This document shows, piece by piece, positions 19,568 to 29,238 of a stretch of DNA of 39,832 bases. Positions within the stretch are counted from its first letter, which is position 1. Every line of letters starts with the position of its first letter. Made by a program: the position numbers and the translations under genes. The notes under the pieces are model-generated. The model saw only the letters and a list, made by a program, of their open reading frames with translations. It was not told the DNA's origin and made no database searches. The stretch spans positions 1-39,832 of the forward strand of contig DATHFB010000202.1 of the NCBI GenBank assembly GCA_035318305.1. The letters are read 5' to 3'. This DNA comes from Steroidobacteraceae bacterium. Its GTDB lineage: Bacteria; Pseudomonadota; Gammaproteobacteria; Steroidobacterales; Steroidobacteraceae.

Positions 19568-19978
19568 ATGAGCGACACCGGGCCCGCCGGCCGACCCACG
19601 GTCATGGTATGCATTACCTGCCGCGCGGCGACGGACCAGACCGCGACATCGGACGTCGATGCACCACGACCGGGCAGTACGCTAGCTGACGCCACCAGGC
19701 TCGCGGCCGCCGCTGTCGATGGCATTTCGGTACAACGTGTCCGCTGCCTGGGCAATTGCAGCCGCGGAATGAGCGCGGCCATCCGCTGCGAGAATACCTG
19801 GACCTACATATTTGGAGGCCTCGATCCGCAGCGCGACGGGCCCTCTCTCATCATGGGTGCGCAATTGCTCGCGCAGGCGACCGACGGAATCATGCCCTGG
19901 CGCGGCCGACCGGAATCCCTGAAGCGAGGTCTAATCGCCCGCATCCCGCCGATCAACTTTCGCGAGGAACCCTCGTGA
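19568..19978 (+). CDS. DUF1636-type Cys-rich (thioredoxin-like ferredoxin fold) metal-binding protein
   Basis: About 136 aa with Cys motifs VCITCR and RVRCLGNCSRG. The ATG at 19568 is 7 nt after GAGGAG (alternative ATG at 19562). The stop overlaps the cobG GTG (GTGA). Confidence 0.65.
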   Translation: MSDTGPAGRPTVMVCITCRAATDQTATSDVDAPRPGSTLADATRLAAAAVDGISVQRVRCLGNCSRGMSAAIRCENTWTYIFGGLDPQRDGPSLIMGAQLLAQATDGIMPWRGRPESLKRGLIARIPPINFREEPS

Positions 19979-21294
19979 ATTCTCATCGTCGTGGTACCTG
20001 TCCCGGCATCCTCGATCCCATGCCGACCGGCGACGGACTGCTCGCGCGTCTCCTGCCAACAGCTCCCCTGTCCATTGATACGGTGGCTGCGCTGTGCGAC
20101 TTAAGCCGTACCCACGGCAACGGAATTATGGAGATCACGCAGCGCGGCAGCCTGCAATTTAGGGGGCTCTCCCCCGCTTCCGCATCCCATTTCGCGCAGA
20201 GCGTCATTTCGCTCGGCCTCGGCGCGGAAAGCGGCCCGCCCATTCTGGCATCGCCCTTGATGGGCTTGGATGCTCAGGAGTGTTTTGATTTGCGCGCATC
20301 AGTTGCCGCATTGCGCACGGCGCTCGCGAAGCAGCCAACCTTAGCGTCGATCGGTCCCAAGGTATCAGTGCTGGTTGACGGCGGCGGCGCTGTGCATTTG
20401 GACGGCGTGCCGGGTGATCTGCGATTGCGAGCCGGCGCCAATTCACGTGTGCACCTGAGCATCGCCGGAACCACGGCCGCCTCGACTCCTCTCGGGTGGG
20501 TTGCGGCAGATGACGCCGCCCCAGTCATCCTTCGGCTTCTCGCCCACATCGCGGATCGTGGTCCGGATGCGAGGGCGCGCGGTTTCACGAACCCGGCCGA
20601 CCTGCTGGCCCTGCGCGGTTCGCTCTCGAACATGCTTAAGGATGCGCCGCCGCCGGCGCCGCGGCCGCCGGCGGAACCGATCGGGATTCATGCACTCAAT
20701 ACCGGGAAAGTGGCGCTGGGTGTGGCCGTCGCGTTTGGATACGCGGAGGCCGCGGTGCTGCAGCGTTTAGCCCAGCATGCGGCGGCTTGCGGCGCGGCCT
20801 CGATGCAGCCATCGCCCGGCCGCTCGATGCTGCTCATCGGGCTGGACGCGGCGGCCGCTATCGAACTCACCACCGCTGCAGAGACCGCGGGATTTCTCGT
20901 GCGGCCGGATGATCCGCGCCGATTTGTCGTCGCCTGTGCCGGGGCTCCCGCCTGTGATTCCGCGACGCTCTCCACGCGCGAGTTGGCCCCCGCGATCGCT
21001 GCAGCGGCGCGGTCGTTCCTCGATGGATCGCTGATCATTCACGTCTCCGGCTGCGCCAAGGGCTGCGCGCATCCGGGCGCCGCCGGATTGACCTTTGTCG
21101 GGCCGAATCAACTCGTCATCCAAGGTTGCGCCGGCGACGCCCCGCACGGCACGACCTCAATCACTGAGTTCATCGCCGGTGTCTCCCGCTTGAGTATTAA
21201 GCGCCAGGAACAGAGCGCTGAGGACAGGAGCGTCGATATCGTATCGAGACTCGGAGTAACGGGCGTGTTGGCGGCGTTGAGTGACAGCACATGA
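19975..21294 (+). CDS. cobG: Precorrin-3B synthase (oxygen-dependent)
   Basis: The GTG at 19975 gives VNSHRRGTCPGILDPMPTGDGLLARL, a typical CobG N-terminus. Sulfite/nitrite-reductase-like Cys clusters are present (ACAGAPACDS, SGCAKGCAHP). Confidence 0.85.
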   Translation: MNSHRRGTCPGILDPMPTGDGLLARLLPTAPLSIDTVAALCDLSRTHGNGIMEITQRGSLQFRGLSPASASHFAQSVISLGLGAESGPPILASPLMGLDAQECFDLRASVAALRTALAKQPTLASIGPKVSVLVDGGGAVHLDGVPGDLRLRAGANSRVHLSIAGTTAASTPLGWVAADDAAPVILRLLAHIADRGPDARARGFTNPADLLALRGSLSNMLKDAPPPAPRPPAEPIGIHALNTGKVALGVAVAFGYAEAAVLQRLAQHAAACGAASMQPSPGRSMLLIGLDAAAAIELTTAAETAGFLVRPDDPRRFVVACAGAPACDSATLSTRELAPAIAAAARSFLDGSLIIHVSGCAKGCAHPGAAGLTFVGPNQLVIQGCAGDAPHGTTSITEFIAGVSRLSIKRQEQSAEDRSVDIVSRLGVTGVLAALSDST

Positions 21295-21917
21295 TTGCTT
21301 ACTTGCGGGACGGCACTGCGATATATCGGCAGTCGTTTGCCATCATTCGGGCCGAGGCAGACTTGGCACGATTTTCGGACGCGGAAGCGGATGTGGCCGT
21401 GCGAATGCTCCATTCCTGCGGTATGGTCGAAATTGCCAAGGACATCGTGTTCTCAGACGGTGTGATTCCGGCAGCGCGGCAGGCGCTCGAGGCCAGAGCG
21501 GCAATCATTTGTGACTCAGAAATGGTCAGCCATGGAGTCACTCGCGCCCGTCTTCCCGCGAACAATGCCGTGATCTGCACCCTGCGCGATCCGACCGTGC
21601 CCGCACTGGCTGAGAAACTGGGTACGACTCGCTCGGCCGCGGCTCTCGAGCTTTGGCGTGACCGGCTCGAGGGGGCCATCGTTGCAATCGGCAATGCGCC
21701 GACTGCATTGTTTCGGCTGCTGGAGATGCTCGACGAAGGTGCGCCCCGCCCGGCGGCGATACTGGGAATCCCAGTCGGCTTCGTTGGCGCGGCCGAATCG
21801 AAGGAGGCGCTCATCGCCAACTCACGGGGCGTCCCCTTCATCGCCGTGCGCGGGCGAGTGGGCGGGAGCGCCATGACTGCCGCTGCCGTGAATGGTTTGG
21901 CACGCGCCGGCCTATGA
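21291..21917 (+). CDS. cobH: Precorrin-8X methylmutase
   Basis: 208 aa. Motifs MLHSCGM and IGNAPTALFRLLEM are typical of CobH/CbiC. ATGA overlaps on both sides. Confidence 0.9.
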   Translation: MIAYLRDGTAIYRQSFAIIRAEADLARFSDAEADVAVRMLHSCGMVEIAKDIVFSDGVIPAARQALEARAAIICDSEMVSHGVTRARLPANNAVICTLRDPTVPALAEKLGTTRSAAALELWRDRLEGAIVAIGNAPTALFRLLEMLDEGAPRPAAILGIPVGFVGAAESKEALIANSRGVPFIAVRGRVGGSAMTAAAVNGLARAGL

Positions 21918-22645
21918 ACGACCTGGGCAAACTGATTGGCGTCGGCGTCGGTCCAGGGGATCCCAACCTGTTGACGCTCAAGGCCGTGCATGCACTCAAA
22001 TGCGCCGACGTCATCGCCCATTTTGCGAAGGCGGGAAACGCGAGCAATGCGCGCGCCATCGTTGCGCAGTTTCTGCGCCCGGACGTCAGGGAATTGCCGC
22101 TTCTGTATCCGATTACCACGGAAAAGCCGACCGGCGACTCCAATTATCGCTCGGCGATTCAAGGATTTTTTGATGAGGCTGCGTCGGCGATTGCGGCCCA
22201 TCTGGACGCCGGGCGAACCGTTGCCGTTCTTTCGGAAGGCGATCCGTTGTTCTTCGGATCGTACATGCACTTGCACGTGCGCTTGATGAAGCAGTATCCC
22301 ACCAACGTCATCCCCGGCGTGACCGCCATGTCGGGCTGCTGGTCTGCCGCGGGGCTGCCCATCGCACAAGGAGACGATGTGCTCACGGTAGTCCCGGCCA
22401 CCCTGGACGAGGCGGAACTCATCCGCCGGTTTCGACAGAACGATCCCACCGTCGTCATGAAAGTTGGGAGGAATCTGTCGAAGGTACGCCGCGCATTAGC
22501 CGCGGCAGACCGCCTTCTCCAGGCCACCTATGTCGAACGCGGGACGATGGACCAGGAAATGCTCATGCCGCTCGTGGATAAACCAGACGATGCCGCGCCC
22601 TATTTTGCAATCGTGTTGGTGACGGGGCGCGCGTGGCACTCATGA
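21914..22645 (+). CDS. cobI: Precorrin-2 C20-methyltransferase
   Basis: 243 aa with the tetrapyrrole methylase motif GVGVGPGDPNLLTLKA. It is assigned to CobI by position between cobH and cobJ. Confidence 0.85.
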   Translation: MNDLGKLIGVGVGPGDPNLLTLKAVHALKCADVIAHFAKAGNASNARAIVAQFLRPDVRELPLLYPITTEKPTGDSNYRSAIQGFFDEAASAIAAHLDAGRTVAVLSEGDPLFFGSYMHLHVRLMKQYPTNVIPGVTAMSGCWSAAGLPIAQGDDVLTVVPATLDEAELIRRFRQNDPTVVMKVGRNLSKVRRALAAADRLLQATYVERGTMDQEMLMPLVDKPDDAAPYFAIVLVTGRAWHS

Positions 22646-23406
22646 GCGGCATGATTACCGTGATCGGGTTGGGTCCGGGAAGCGTCAGTCAACTCACGCC
22701 TGAAGCGGCCGATGCCTTACAAGCCGCCGACGTAGTGTACGGATATGGGCCGTACCTTGATCGGGTTCCCGCTCGAGAAGGCCAACGCCGCGAGGCCTCC
22801 GACAATGGAGAAGAAATCGATCGTGCGACCCGTGCGCTGACGGAAGCCGCCCAGGGCGCAAACGTCGCCGTGGTATCCGGCGGCGATCCTGGAGTCTTTG
22901 CGATGGCGGCGGCGATCTGCGAGGCGTTGGAGCGAGGCCCCAGCACCTGGCGTGATCTGGATCTGGCTGTTGTTCCGGGAATCACCAGCATGCTTGCCGT
23001 TGCCGCGCGCGTCGGCGCGCCCCTGGGTCATGATTTCTGCGCGCTGTCGCTGTCCAATAACTTGAAGCCCTGGGCCGTCGTTGAGAAGCGTCTGAAGGCG
23101 GCGGCGAGCGCAGGTTTCGTCATCGCCCTGTACAACCCGATTTCGCGCGCGAGACCCTGGCAATTGCAACGTGCGTTTGAAATATTGCGCGCCCACGTGC
23201 CTGCGAACACCCCGGTGGTATTCGGACATGCCGTCGGTCGCGCCGACGAACGCATACTCATCACGATATTGGAAGCGGCCGATGGTTCCGAGGCGGACAT
23301 GGCGACGTGCATCATCGTGGGCTCGTCTGAAACCCGCCTTGTCGCGCGGCCGCGTGGCCCCGCGCTGGTCTACACCCCGCGATCGGCCGGTGCCTTCAGC
23401 ACATGA
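22642..23406 (+). CDS. cobJ: Precorrin-3B C17-methyltransferase
   Basis: The ATG at 22642 overlaps the cobI stop (ATGA). Motifs VIGLGPGSVSQLTPEA and VVSGGDPGVF. Confidence 0.85.
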   Translation: MSGMITVIGLGPGSVSQLTPEAADALQAADVVYGYGPYLDRVPAREGQRREASDNGEEIDRATRALTEAAQGANVAVVSGGDPGVFAMAAAICEALERGPSTWRDLDLAVVPGITSMLAVAARVGAPLGHDFCALSLSNNLKPWAVVEKRLKAAASAGFVIALYNPISRARPWQLQRAFEILRAHVPANTPVVFGHAVGRADERILITILEAADGSEADMATCIIVGSSETRLVARPRGPALVYTPRSAGAFST

Positions 23407-24137
23407 TCAAGCCATCCCATCGCTTCATCGACGGTTGCGACCGTGGGCACATCCAAGGCCCGCGGCCGCCGCAACAGAATGACCGGCAGGCCGAGCATTC
23501 GCGCCGCAGTGATTTTGCCGTACGTCGCTGCACCGCCGCTGTTCTTCGCGACGATGATGTCGATCTCATGCTCTCGCAGCAATTCGCGCTCCCGATCTTC
23601 GCTGAAGGGTCCGCGCTCAAGAATGTAACGCGCATGCGTTACCTTGAGTGGCGGATCCACCGGATCGACGCTGCGAATGAGGTAACGGTGCTGGGGTGCC
23701 GCAGCAAAGGACGCGATCTCTTGACGGCCCACGGCGAGAAACACCCGGCGGGGCTCGACTCCCAAGGTACGCGCCGCCTCTTGGGCGTCATGCACATCGG
23801 TCCATTGATCGCCGGCGATGGCGCGCCACGGCGGCCGGCACAAGGAAAGAAGGGGCGTGTGGGTCTGCGCGGTGGCACTCTGCGCATGAGCCGACATCGT
23901 CGCGGCATAGGGATGCGTGGCATCGATCAACGCGTGGATCTTATTGTCGCGCAAGTATTGTATGAGGCCTGCCGTTCCGCCGAAACCGCCCGATCGCACC
24001 GGCACGGCTTGCGCCAATGGCGAGGCAGTGCGACCGGCGAGCGACAAAGTAACCGCCCTATCGTCACGAATCGCGAGCTGTTGGCCGAGCAATCGCGCCT
24101 CCGTCGTGCCGCCCAGAATGAGGATGTTTTGTTTCAT
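23370..24137 (-). CDS. cobK: Precorrin-6A reductase
   Basis: The internal ATG at 24137 gives MKQNILILGGTTEARLL (255 aa), typical of CobK/CbiJ. The 94 upstream codons of the tracked ORF run antisense into cobL. Confidence 0.85.
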   Translation of the reverse strand: MKQNILILGGTTEARLLGQQLAIRDDRAVTLSLAGRTASPLAQAVPVRSGGFGGTAGLIQYLRDNKIHALIDATHPYAATMSAHAQSATAQTHTPLLSLCRPPWRAIAGDQWTDVHDAQEAARTLGVEPRRVFLAVGRQEIASFAAAPQHRYLIRSVDPVDPPLKVTHARYILERGPFSEDRERELLREHEIDIIVAKNSGGAATYGKITAARMLGLPVILLRRPRALDVPTVATVDEAMGWLDHVLKAPADRGV

Positions 24138-25395
24138 GTCGCTCGCTGAATTCGCCAGTCCCCAGCCTGCTGCATTACATCGGTGGCTGTCCATCGTCGG
24201 AATCGGCGAGGACGGTATCGAAGGCCTGAGCACGGCGGCGCGAGACTTGATCCAATCGGCGGCGGTCGTGTTCGGAGGAACACGCCACCTTACGCTGGCA
24301 GAGCCATTGATTCGAGGGGTAGCACGACCGTGGACGGTCCCATTCGACTCGACTCTCGCCGAAGTGCTCAAGCTTCGCGGCAGCGCCGTTTGCGTGCTGG
24401 CGTCGGGGGATCCCTTCAATCATGGCGTGGGCAGCATTCTGTCACGCCACGTCGCCTGTGAGGAGACAGTGGCGCTGCCCGCCCCTTCCGCCTTCAGTTT
24501 GGCGGCATCAAGACTGCTCTGGCCGCTGCCACAAACCACACTATTGTCGCTCTGCGGCCGCTCACTCGACTATATCCGGCCTCATCTGCACCCCGGCTCG
24601 AGAATCCTGATACTCGCTTCCGACCATGACGCGCCGGCGAAGCTGGCACGCCTGTTGTGCGACATTGGCTTTGGGACTTCGCGAATCACGGTACTTGAAT
24701 CCCTCGCGGGTCCCCGCGAGCGGATCCGCTCGGCGCCGGCAAACGTCTTTGATCTTGGATCGATTGATCCCTTGAACACGATGGCAGTCGAGGTGGCGGC
24801 CGACGAGGGGGCGCGCATTCTGCCCAAAGCGGCCGGCCTTGCCGATGAACTCTTCGAGCATGATGGACAGATCACCAAACGCGAGATTCGCTGCCTTACT
24901 CTATCCGCATTGGGGCCGCGTCGCGGCGAACTACTCTGGGACGTGGGCGCCGGCTCGGGATCAGTATCGATTGAGTGGCTGCTCGCGCATGGTTCGTTGA
25001 ATGCGTTCGCCGTCGAACAGCGCAGCGATCGGGTTGCGCGCATCAACCGCAACGCCGCGGCATTCGGCGTGCCTCATTTGACCGTCATCGAGGGCTCGGC
25101 TCCAGCGGTGCTCGGGGGACTAGGGGTGCCGGACGCCGTATTCATCGGCGGCGGCGCGTCAACGCCGGGACTGATCGACACCGTGCAATCCGTCCTGCGC
25201 TCAGGAGGCCGCTTGGTCGCCAACTCCGTTTCTCTGGAAACGGAAACGATCCTGCTGCGATATCAATCGCTATGCGGGGGATCATTGACACGAATTTCGA
25301 TCGACCGCGCCGGCCCCATCGGCGGCGAGGACGCTCGCATGACCGGTTGGCGTTCCGCAATGCCCATCATGCAATGGGTTTGGGTGAAACCATGA
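24136..25395 (+). CDS. cobL: Precorrin-6Y C5,15-methyltransferase (decarboxylating), CbiE-CbiT fusion
   Basis: From the ATG at 24136: MSLAEFASPQPAALHRWLSIVGIGEDG. The C-terminal SAM-methyltransferase motif is LWDVGAGSGSVSIEW. Confidence 0.85.
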   Translation: MSLAEFASPQPAALHRWLSIVGIGEDGIEGLSTAARDLIQSAAVVFGGTRHLTLAEPLIRGVARPWTVPFDSTLAEVLKLRGSAVCVLASGDPFNHGVGSILSRHVACEETVALPAPSAFSLAASRLLWPLPQTTLLSLCGRSLDYIRPHLHPGSRILILASDHDAPAKLARLLCDIGFGTSRITVLESLAGPRERIRSAPANVFDLGSIDPLNTMAVEVAADEGARILPKAAGLADELFEHDGQITKREIRCLTLSALGPRRGELLWDVGAGSGSVSIEWLLAHGSLNAFAVEQRSDRVARINRNAAAFGVPHLTVIEGSAPAVLGGLGVPDAVFIGGGASTPGLIDTVQSVLRSGGRLVANSVSLETETILLRYQSLCGGSLTRISIDRAGPIGGEDARMTGWRSAMPIMQWVWVKP

Positions 25396-25778
25396 TCGTC
25401 GCGGGTATCGGGTGCCGAAAGGCGATATTGGCGGCGCAGGTTGAGTCGGCCATCGAGGCGGCATTGCGGCACAACCAGATCGACGGAGATCAATTGGACG
25501 TCATTGCTGTCCCCGCTGTGAAAGGCACCGAAGCGGGCATCGTGGAGGCTGCGGCAGCACGGGGAGTGCTTTTGGTATTGATCACCCCGACCGCGCTGGA
25601 AGAGGCGGATTTGCGCACGGTGACTCGTTCAGCACGGTCGATGGACACGCTCAACGTCCAATCGGTTGCCGAAGCCGCAGCCTTGGCCGCCGCGGGACCC
25701 AACTCTCGGTTGCTTGCACCGCGAATCGTCGTCGGCCCGGTAACCTGCGCGCTCGCCGAGGGAGATGAACTGCAATGA
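25392..25778 (+). CDS. cobE: CobE (CbiG C-terminal domain-like protein)
   Basis: 128 aa beginning [15 protein letters not shown] overlaps with cobL and cobM. Confidence 0.7.
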   Translation: MIVAGIGCRKAILAAQVESAIEAALRHNQIDGDQLDVIAVPAVKGTEAGIVEAAAARGVLLVLITPTALEEADLRTVTRSARSMDTLNVQSVAEAAALAAAGPNSRLLAPRIVVGPVTCALAEGDELQ

Positions 25779-26539
25779 CTGTCCACTTTATTGGCGCGGG
25801 ACCCGGAGCCGCGGACCTGATCACCATCCGTGGGCGCGACCTCCTCGCTCGTTGCCCGATATGCCTGTATGCCGGCTCATTGGTGCCGCCGGAATTGCTC
25901 GCACATTGTCCGGAAGGCGCGCGGCTTATTGATAGCGCTGCGATGACACTGGATCAGCTAGAGAGCGAGTACCTCATGGCCCATTCAGCGGGTCTCGATG
26001 TGGCGCGACTTCATTCGGGGGACCTGTCGATCTATAGCGCGCTCGCCGAGCAGCTGCGCCGGCTCAAGCGACGTGGAATTTCGTACACGCTGACACCAGG
26101 TGTACCGGCTTTTGCCGCCGCCGCCGCGGCTCTGGGACGCGAGTTGACAGTGCCGCTCATTGCGCAAAGCGTCGTATTGACGCGGATGCCGGGTCGCGCT
26201 TCACGCATGCCAGAAGGGGAACGCCTCAAGACATTTGCGGCAAGCGGAGCGACGCTTGCGATCCATCTTGCGATCCATGCGATGGACACGATCGTCGAGG
26301 AATTGACTCCATACTATGGGGCTGACTGTCCGGTGGCCGTAATGATGAGGGTTAGCTGGCCGGACGAACGCATTCTGCGAGGCACGCTTTCGGACATTCG
26401 TGCCCTGCTGGCGGTTGAACCCATGGAACGTACGGCGCTAGTTTTCGTCGGCCGGGCCCTCGAGGCTGCGGATTTCGACGAGAGCTCTTTGTATTCGCCC
26501 GGCTATCAGCGCCGATTTCGCAACGCCAATGCCACCTGA
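25775..26539 (+). CDS. cobM: Precorrin-4 C11-methyltransferase
   Basis: 254 aa with [18 protein letters not shown] and [11 protein letters not shown]. Confidence 0.85.
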   Translation: MTVHFIGAGPGAADLITIRGRDLLARCPICLYAGSLVPPELLAHCPEGARLIDSAAMTLDQLESEYLMAHSAGLDVARLHSGDLSIYSALAEQLRRLKRRGISYTLTPGVPAFAAAAAALGRELTVPLIAQSVVLTRMPGRASRMPEGERLKTFAASGATLAIHLAIHAMDTIVEELTPYYGADCPVAVMMRVSWPDERILRGTLSDIRALLAVEPMERTALVFVGRALEAADFDESSLYSPGYQRRFRNANAT

Positions 26540-27407
26540 TCACAATCCACTCTCCGGCATGAAGTTACTCACCGCGTTGCGTGGGGACGGTCCCACGTTC
26601 GCTCCTGGCGAGGTATGGCTGGTGGGTGCAGGCCCGGGCGATCCCGGTCTACTCACCCTCGACGCATTGGCGGGTTTGTTGCAAGCTGACGTCGTCGTTC
26701 ACGACGCATTGGTCGATCCGCGGGTATTGGCCCTTGCGCGACGCGACGCGCAGATGCAGTTCGCCGGCAAACGCGGCGGCAAGCCATCCATTGCTCAGGA
26801 AGACATTTGTGCCCAGCTTGTTACTCTTGCGCGCCGCGGTCTTCGAGTATTGAGACTAAAGGGCGGCGATCCTTTCGTCTTTGGCCGCGGCGGTGAAGAG
26901 GTTCTGGCGCTGGCCGCCGCGGGGATCCCTTTTCGCGTGGTAGCGGGGATCACCGCCGGACTCGGCGGTTTGGCAAGCGCGTGCATTCCAGCAACGATGC
27001 GCGGCGTTAACCAGGCGATCATCCTCGCCACGGGACATGACCCCGACGAGGACGGCACCATGGACTGGTCTGCCCTCGCCCGCACGCGTCAGCCGATCGT
27101 TCTTTACATGGGATTGCGCAATCTCGACAAGATTGCGGCAGCCCTGAGGCGGGGCGGACTGCCCGCTGACACACCGGCAGCGGTGATTGCCTCAGCCACC
27201 TTGGCCGATCAACAGATACTCGTGTCAACGCTCGACACAATCGCCGCCGAGGCGCATGCCGCCAATCTCACGGCGCCGGCCATGGCCGTCATCGGCGACA
27301 TTGTGCGTACCCGTCAACAGTTACTGGATACATGCGCGAAAGCCGCACTGATGGCGCGCACCGGCCAAGTCACTGCGCCGCTCGAGAATTCCACATGCGA
27401 CGGCTAA
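26529..27407 (+). CDS. cobA: Uroporphyrinogen-III C-methyltransferase (SUMT)
   Basis: Motifs [18 protein letters not shown] and [16 protein letters not shown]. The start is uncertain: ATG 26529 overlaps cobM by 11 nt, with ATG 26559 as the alternative. Confidence 0.85.
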   Translation: MPPDHNPLSGMKLLTALRGDGPTFAPGEVWLVGAGPGDPGLLTLDALAGLLQADVVVHDALVDPRVLALARRDAQMQFAGKRGGKPSIAQEDICAQLVTLARRGLRVLRLKGGDPFVFGRGGEEVLALAAAGIPFRVVAGITAGLGGLASACIPATMRGVNQAIILATGHDPDEDGTMDWSALARTRQPIVLYMGLRNLDKIAAALRRGGLPADTPAAVIASATLADQQILVSTLDTIAAEAHAANLTAPAMAVIGDIVRTRQQLLDTCAKAALMARTGQVTAPLENSTCDG

Positions 27408-28165
27408 TGCTCATCGGTATCGGCGCCGGCAATCCGGACTACATCACCATGCAGGCGATCAACGCGCTGAAACAAGTAGATGTCGTCTTTGTCACCGACA
27501 AGGGCGAGGAAACGGTGGATCTTCTGCGTGCCCGAAAAGACGTTTGCGAACGCCACATGCAGACGAAACCCTACCGAATCGTCGAGATTCAGGATCCCAA
27601 ACGCGAGCGCCGGCCCGATGCCTATCCGGCCGCGGTCGCCGCGTGGCACGAAAAGCGGGCGGCATTGTACGAACAAGTCATAAGAGAGCAGCTATCTGAG
27701 AAGGAGGTGGGCGCGTTCCTCGTGTGGGGGGACCCGTCTCTCTACGACAGCACTCTGCGCATCATCGATCAGGTCGCAGCTCTGAAAACCGTGGAATTCG
27801 AATGGGAAATCATTCCTGGGATCACCAGCATTCAGGCACTCGCAGCACGTCATCGGATTTCCCTCAACGAAATCGGCGAGCCGATCCATATCACAACCGG
27901 TCGCCGGCTGAACGACGAACGCCCTGCCGCCGGCACCAATGTGCTGGTCATGCTCGACGGCAACTGCGCATTCAAAGCGCTGGACGGCGACAACATCGAT
28001 GTCTTTTGGGGCGCCTATTTAGGGACACCCGACGAGATCTTAGTCGCCGGAAAACTCAGTGACCTTAGCGAACAGATTGAACAAGTGCGTACGTCAGCTC
28101 GAAATCAAAAAGGATGGATTATGGACACCTATCTATTGCGCAAGCGCGGGGCAACGGAGTGTTAG
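27395..28165 (+). CDS. cobF: Precorrin-6A synthase (deacetylating), a marker of the aerobic route
   Basis: Motifs [25 protein letters not shown] and VWGDPSLYDS. The alternative ATG at 27407 overlaps the cobA TAA by 1 nt. Confidence 0.8.
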   Translation: MRRLMLIGIGAGNPDYITMQAINALKQVDVVFVTDKGEETVDLLRARKDVCERHMQTKPYRIVEIQDPKRERRPDAYPAAVAAWHEKRAALYEQVIREQLSEKEVGAFLVWGDPSLYDSTLRIIDQVAALKTVEFEWEIIPGITSIQALAARHRISLNEIGEPIHITTGRRLNDERPAAGTNVLVMLDGNCAFKALDGDNIDVFWGAYLGTPDEILVAGKLSDLSEQIEQVRTSARNQKGWIMDTYLLRKRGATEC

Positions 28166-29226
28166 CCACGCAGCGCTCAAACTTCGCGGGCTTTAGGGAC
28201 ATTACGCCGGTCGACGAAGCGATTCGAACCGCCGCGCTTCGGCGACTCGATGTGCTCACGAAACCTCTGGGGTCACTGGGCCGACTTGAACCACTGGCGG
28301 CACAAATCTGCGCAATACAAAGATCCTTGGACATCCGGATAGTAGAGCCCGTCGGCATCGTGTTCGCTGCCGACCACGGAGCAGCGGAACATGGAGTCAG
28401 CGCCTACCCCCGCGAAGTGACCGCCCAGATGGTGGCGAACTTCTTGCACGGCGGCGCGGCGATCAGCGTACTGGCAAGGTTACAGGGCATGGAACTTTGG
28501 ATAGTAGACGCCGGTGTGGCCGGCGACTGCAGTGTGCATCCTCGCCTCATCAACGCCAAAGTTCGCCCTGGGACGCGCAATTTCATCGAGGAGCCGGCCA
28601 TGACGCCGGAAGAATGCGCAGATGCTCTGCAGCTCGGCGGTGAGATAGTCGGACGCGTGATGCCGGCCGGCAGCAACATACTCGTGCTCGGCGAGATGGG
28701 AATCGGCAACACCGCCTCAGCCGCCATGTTGATGCATGGGCTCACCGGCCGAGCATTGACCGACTGCATCGGGCGCGGGACCGGCCTCGACGACAAGGGT
28801 CTCGAGCGAAAAAAGCAGTTGTTGGGACAGGCGCTCAGGCGTCGCGCCCTGCCTACGGACCCATTGAGTTTACTGGCGGAATACGGGGGCTATGAAATTG
28901 CAATGCTCACCGGCGCCATCATGGCGGGCGCTGCCCGCCAGGCATTGATATTGGTGGACGGTTTCACGGTCACTGTTGCAGTCGGGCTTGCGGTGAAATT
29001 GGATCCCGGCGTACTCAACTATTGCGTGTTCGGGCATTGTTCTGCCGAGCACGCACATCGGGCCTTGCTTCAACATCTACGGGTTCAGCCGCTGCTCGAT
29101 CTCGGCCTGCGGCTCGGCGAGGGCAGCGGCGCAGCCGTCGCGCTGCCAATCGTGCGGGCGGCCGTGTCGCTATTCACGGAGATGGCGACGTTTGAAGGCG
29201 CAGGCGTGAGCAACAAGGACGCCTAA
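28114..29226 (+). CDS. cobT: Nicotinate-nucleotide:dimethylbenzimidazole phosphoribosyltransferase
   Basis: Motifs LTKPLGSLGRLE and GEMGIGNTASAA. The start is uncertain: ATG 28114 overlaps cobF by 52 nt, with GTG 28159 as the alternative. Confidence 0.85.
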   Translation: MDYGHLSIAQARGNGVLATQRSNFAGFRDITPVDEAIRTAALRRLDVLTKPLGSLGRLEPLAAQICAIQRSLDIRIVEPVGIVFAADHGAAEHGVSAYPREVTAQMVANFLHGGAAISVLARLQGMELWIVDAGVAGDCSVHPRLINAKVRPGTRNFIEEPAMTPEECADALQLGGEIVGRVMPAGSNILVLGEMGIGNTASAAMLMHGLTGRALTDCIGRGTGLDDKGLERKKQLLGQALRRRALPTDPLSLLAEYGGYEIAMLTGAIMAGAARQALILVDGFTVTVAVGLAVKLDPGVLNYCVFGHCSAEHAHRALLQHLRVQPLLDLGLRLGEGSGAAVALPIVRAAVSLFTEMATFEGAGVSNKDA

Positions 29227-29238
29227 GAGAATCGCCCG

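Noticed and set aside
21299-22369. 356-aa ORF antisense to cobH/cobI. Similar long antisense ORFs occur at 957-1736, 12817-14100, 19072-19782 and 34078-34932.
   Set aside because: These are typical high-GC shadow ORFs. Their sequences are Arg/Ala/Pro/Ser-rich with no recognisable motifs, and each lies fully opposite a gene with strong family signatures.
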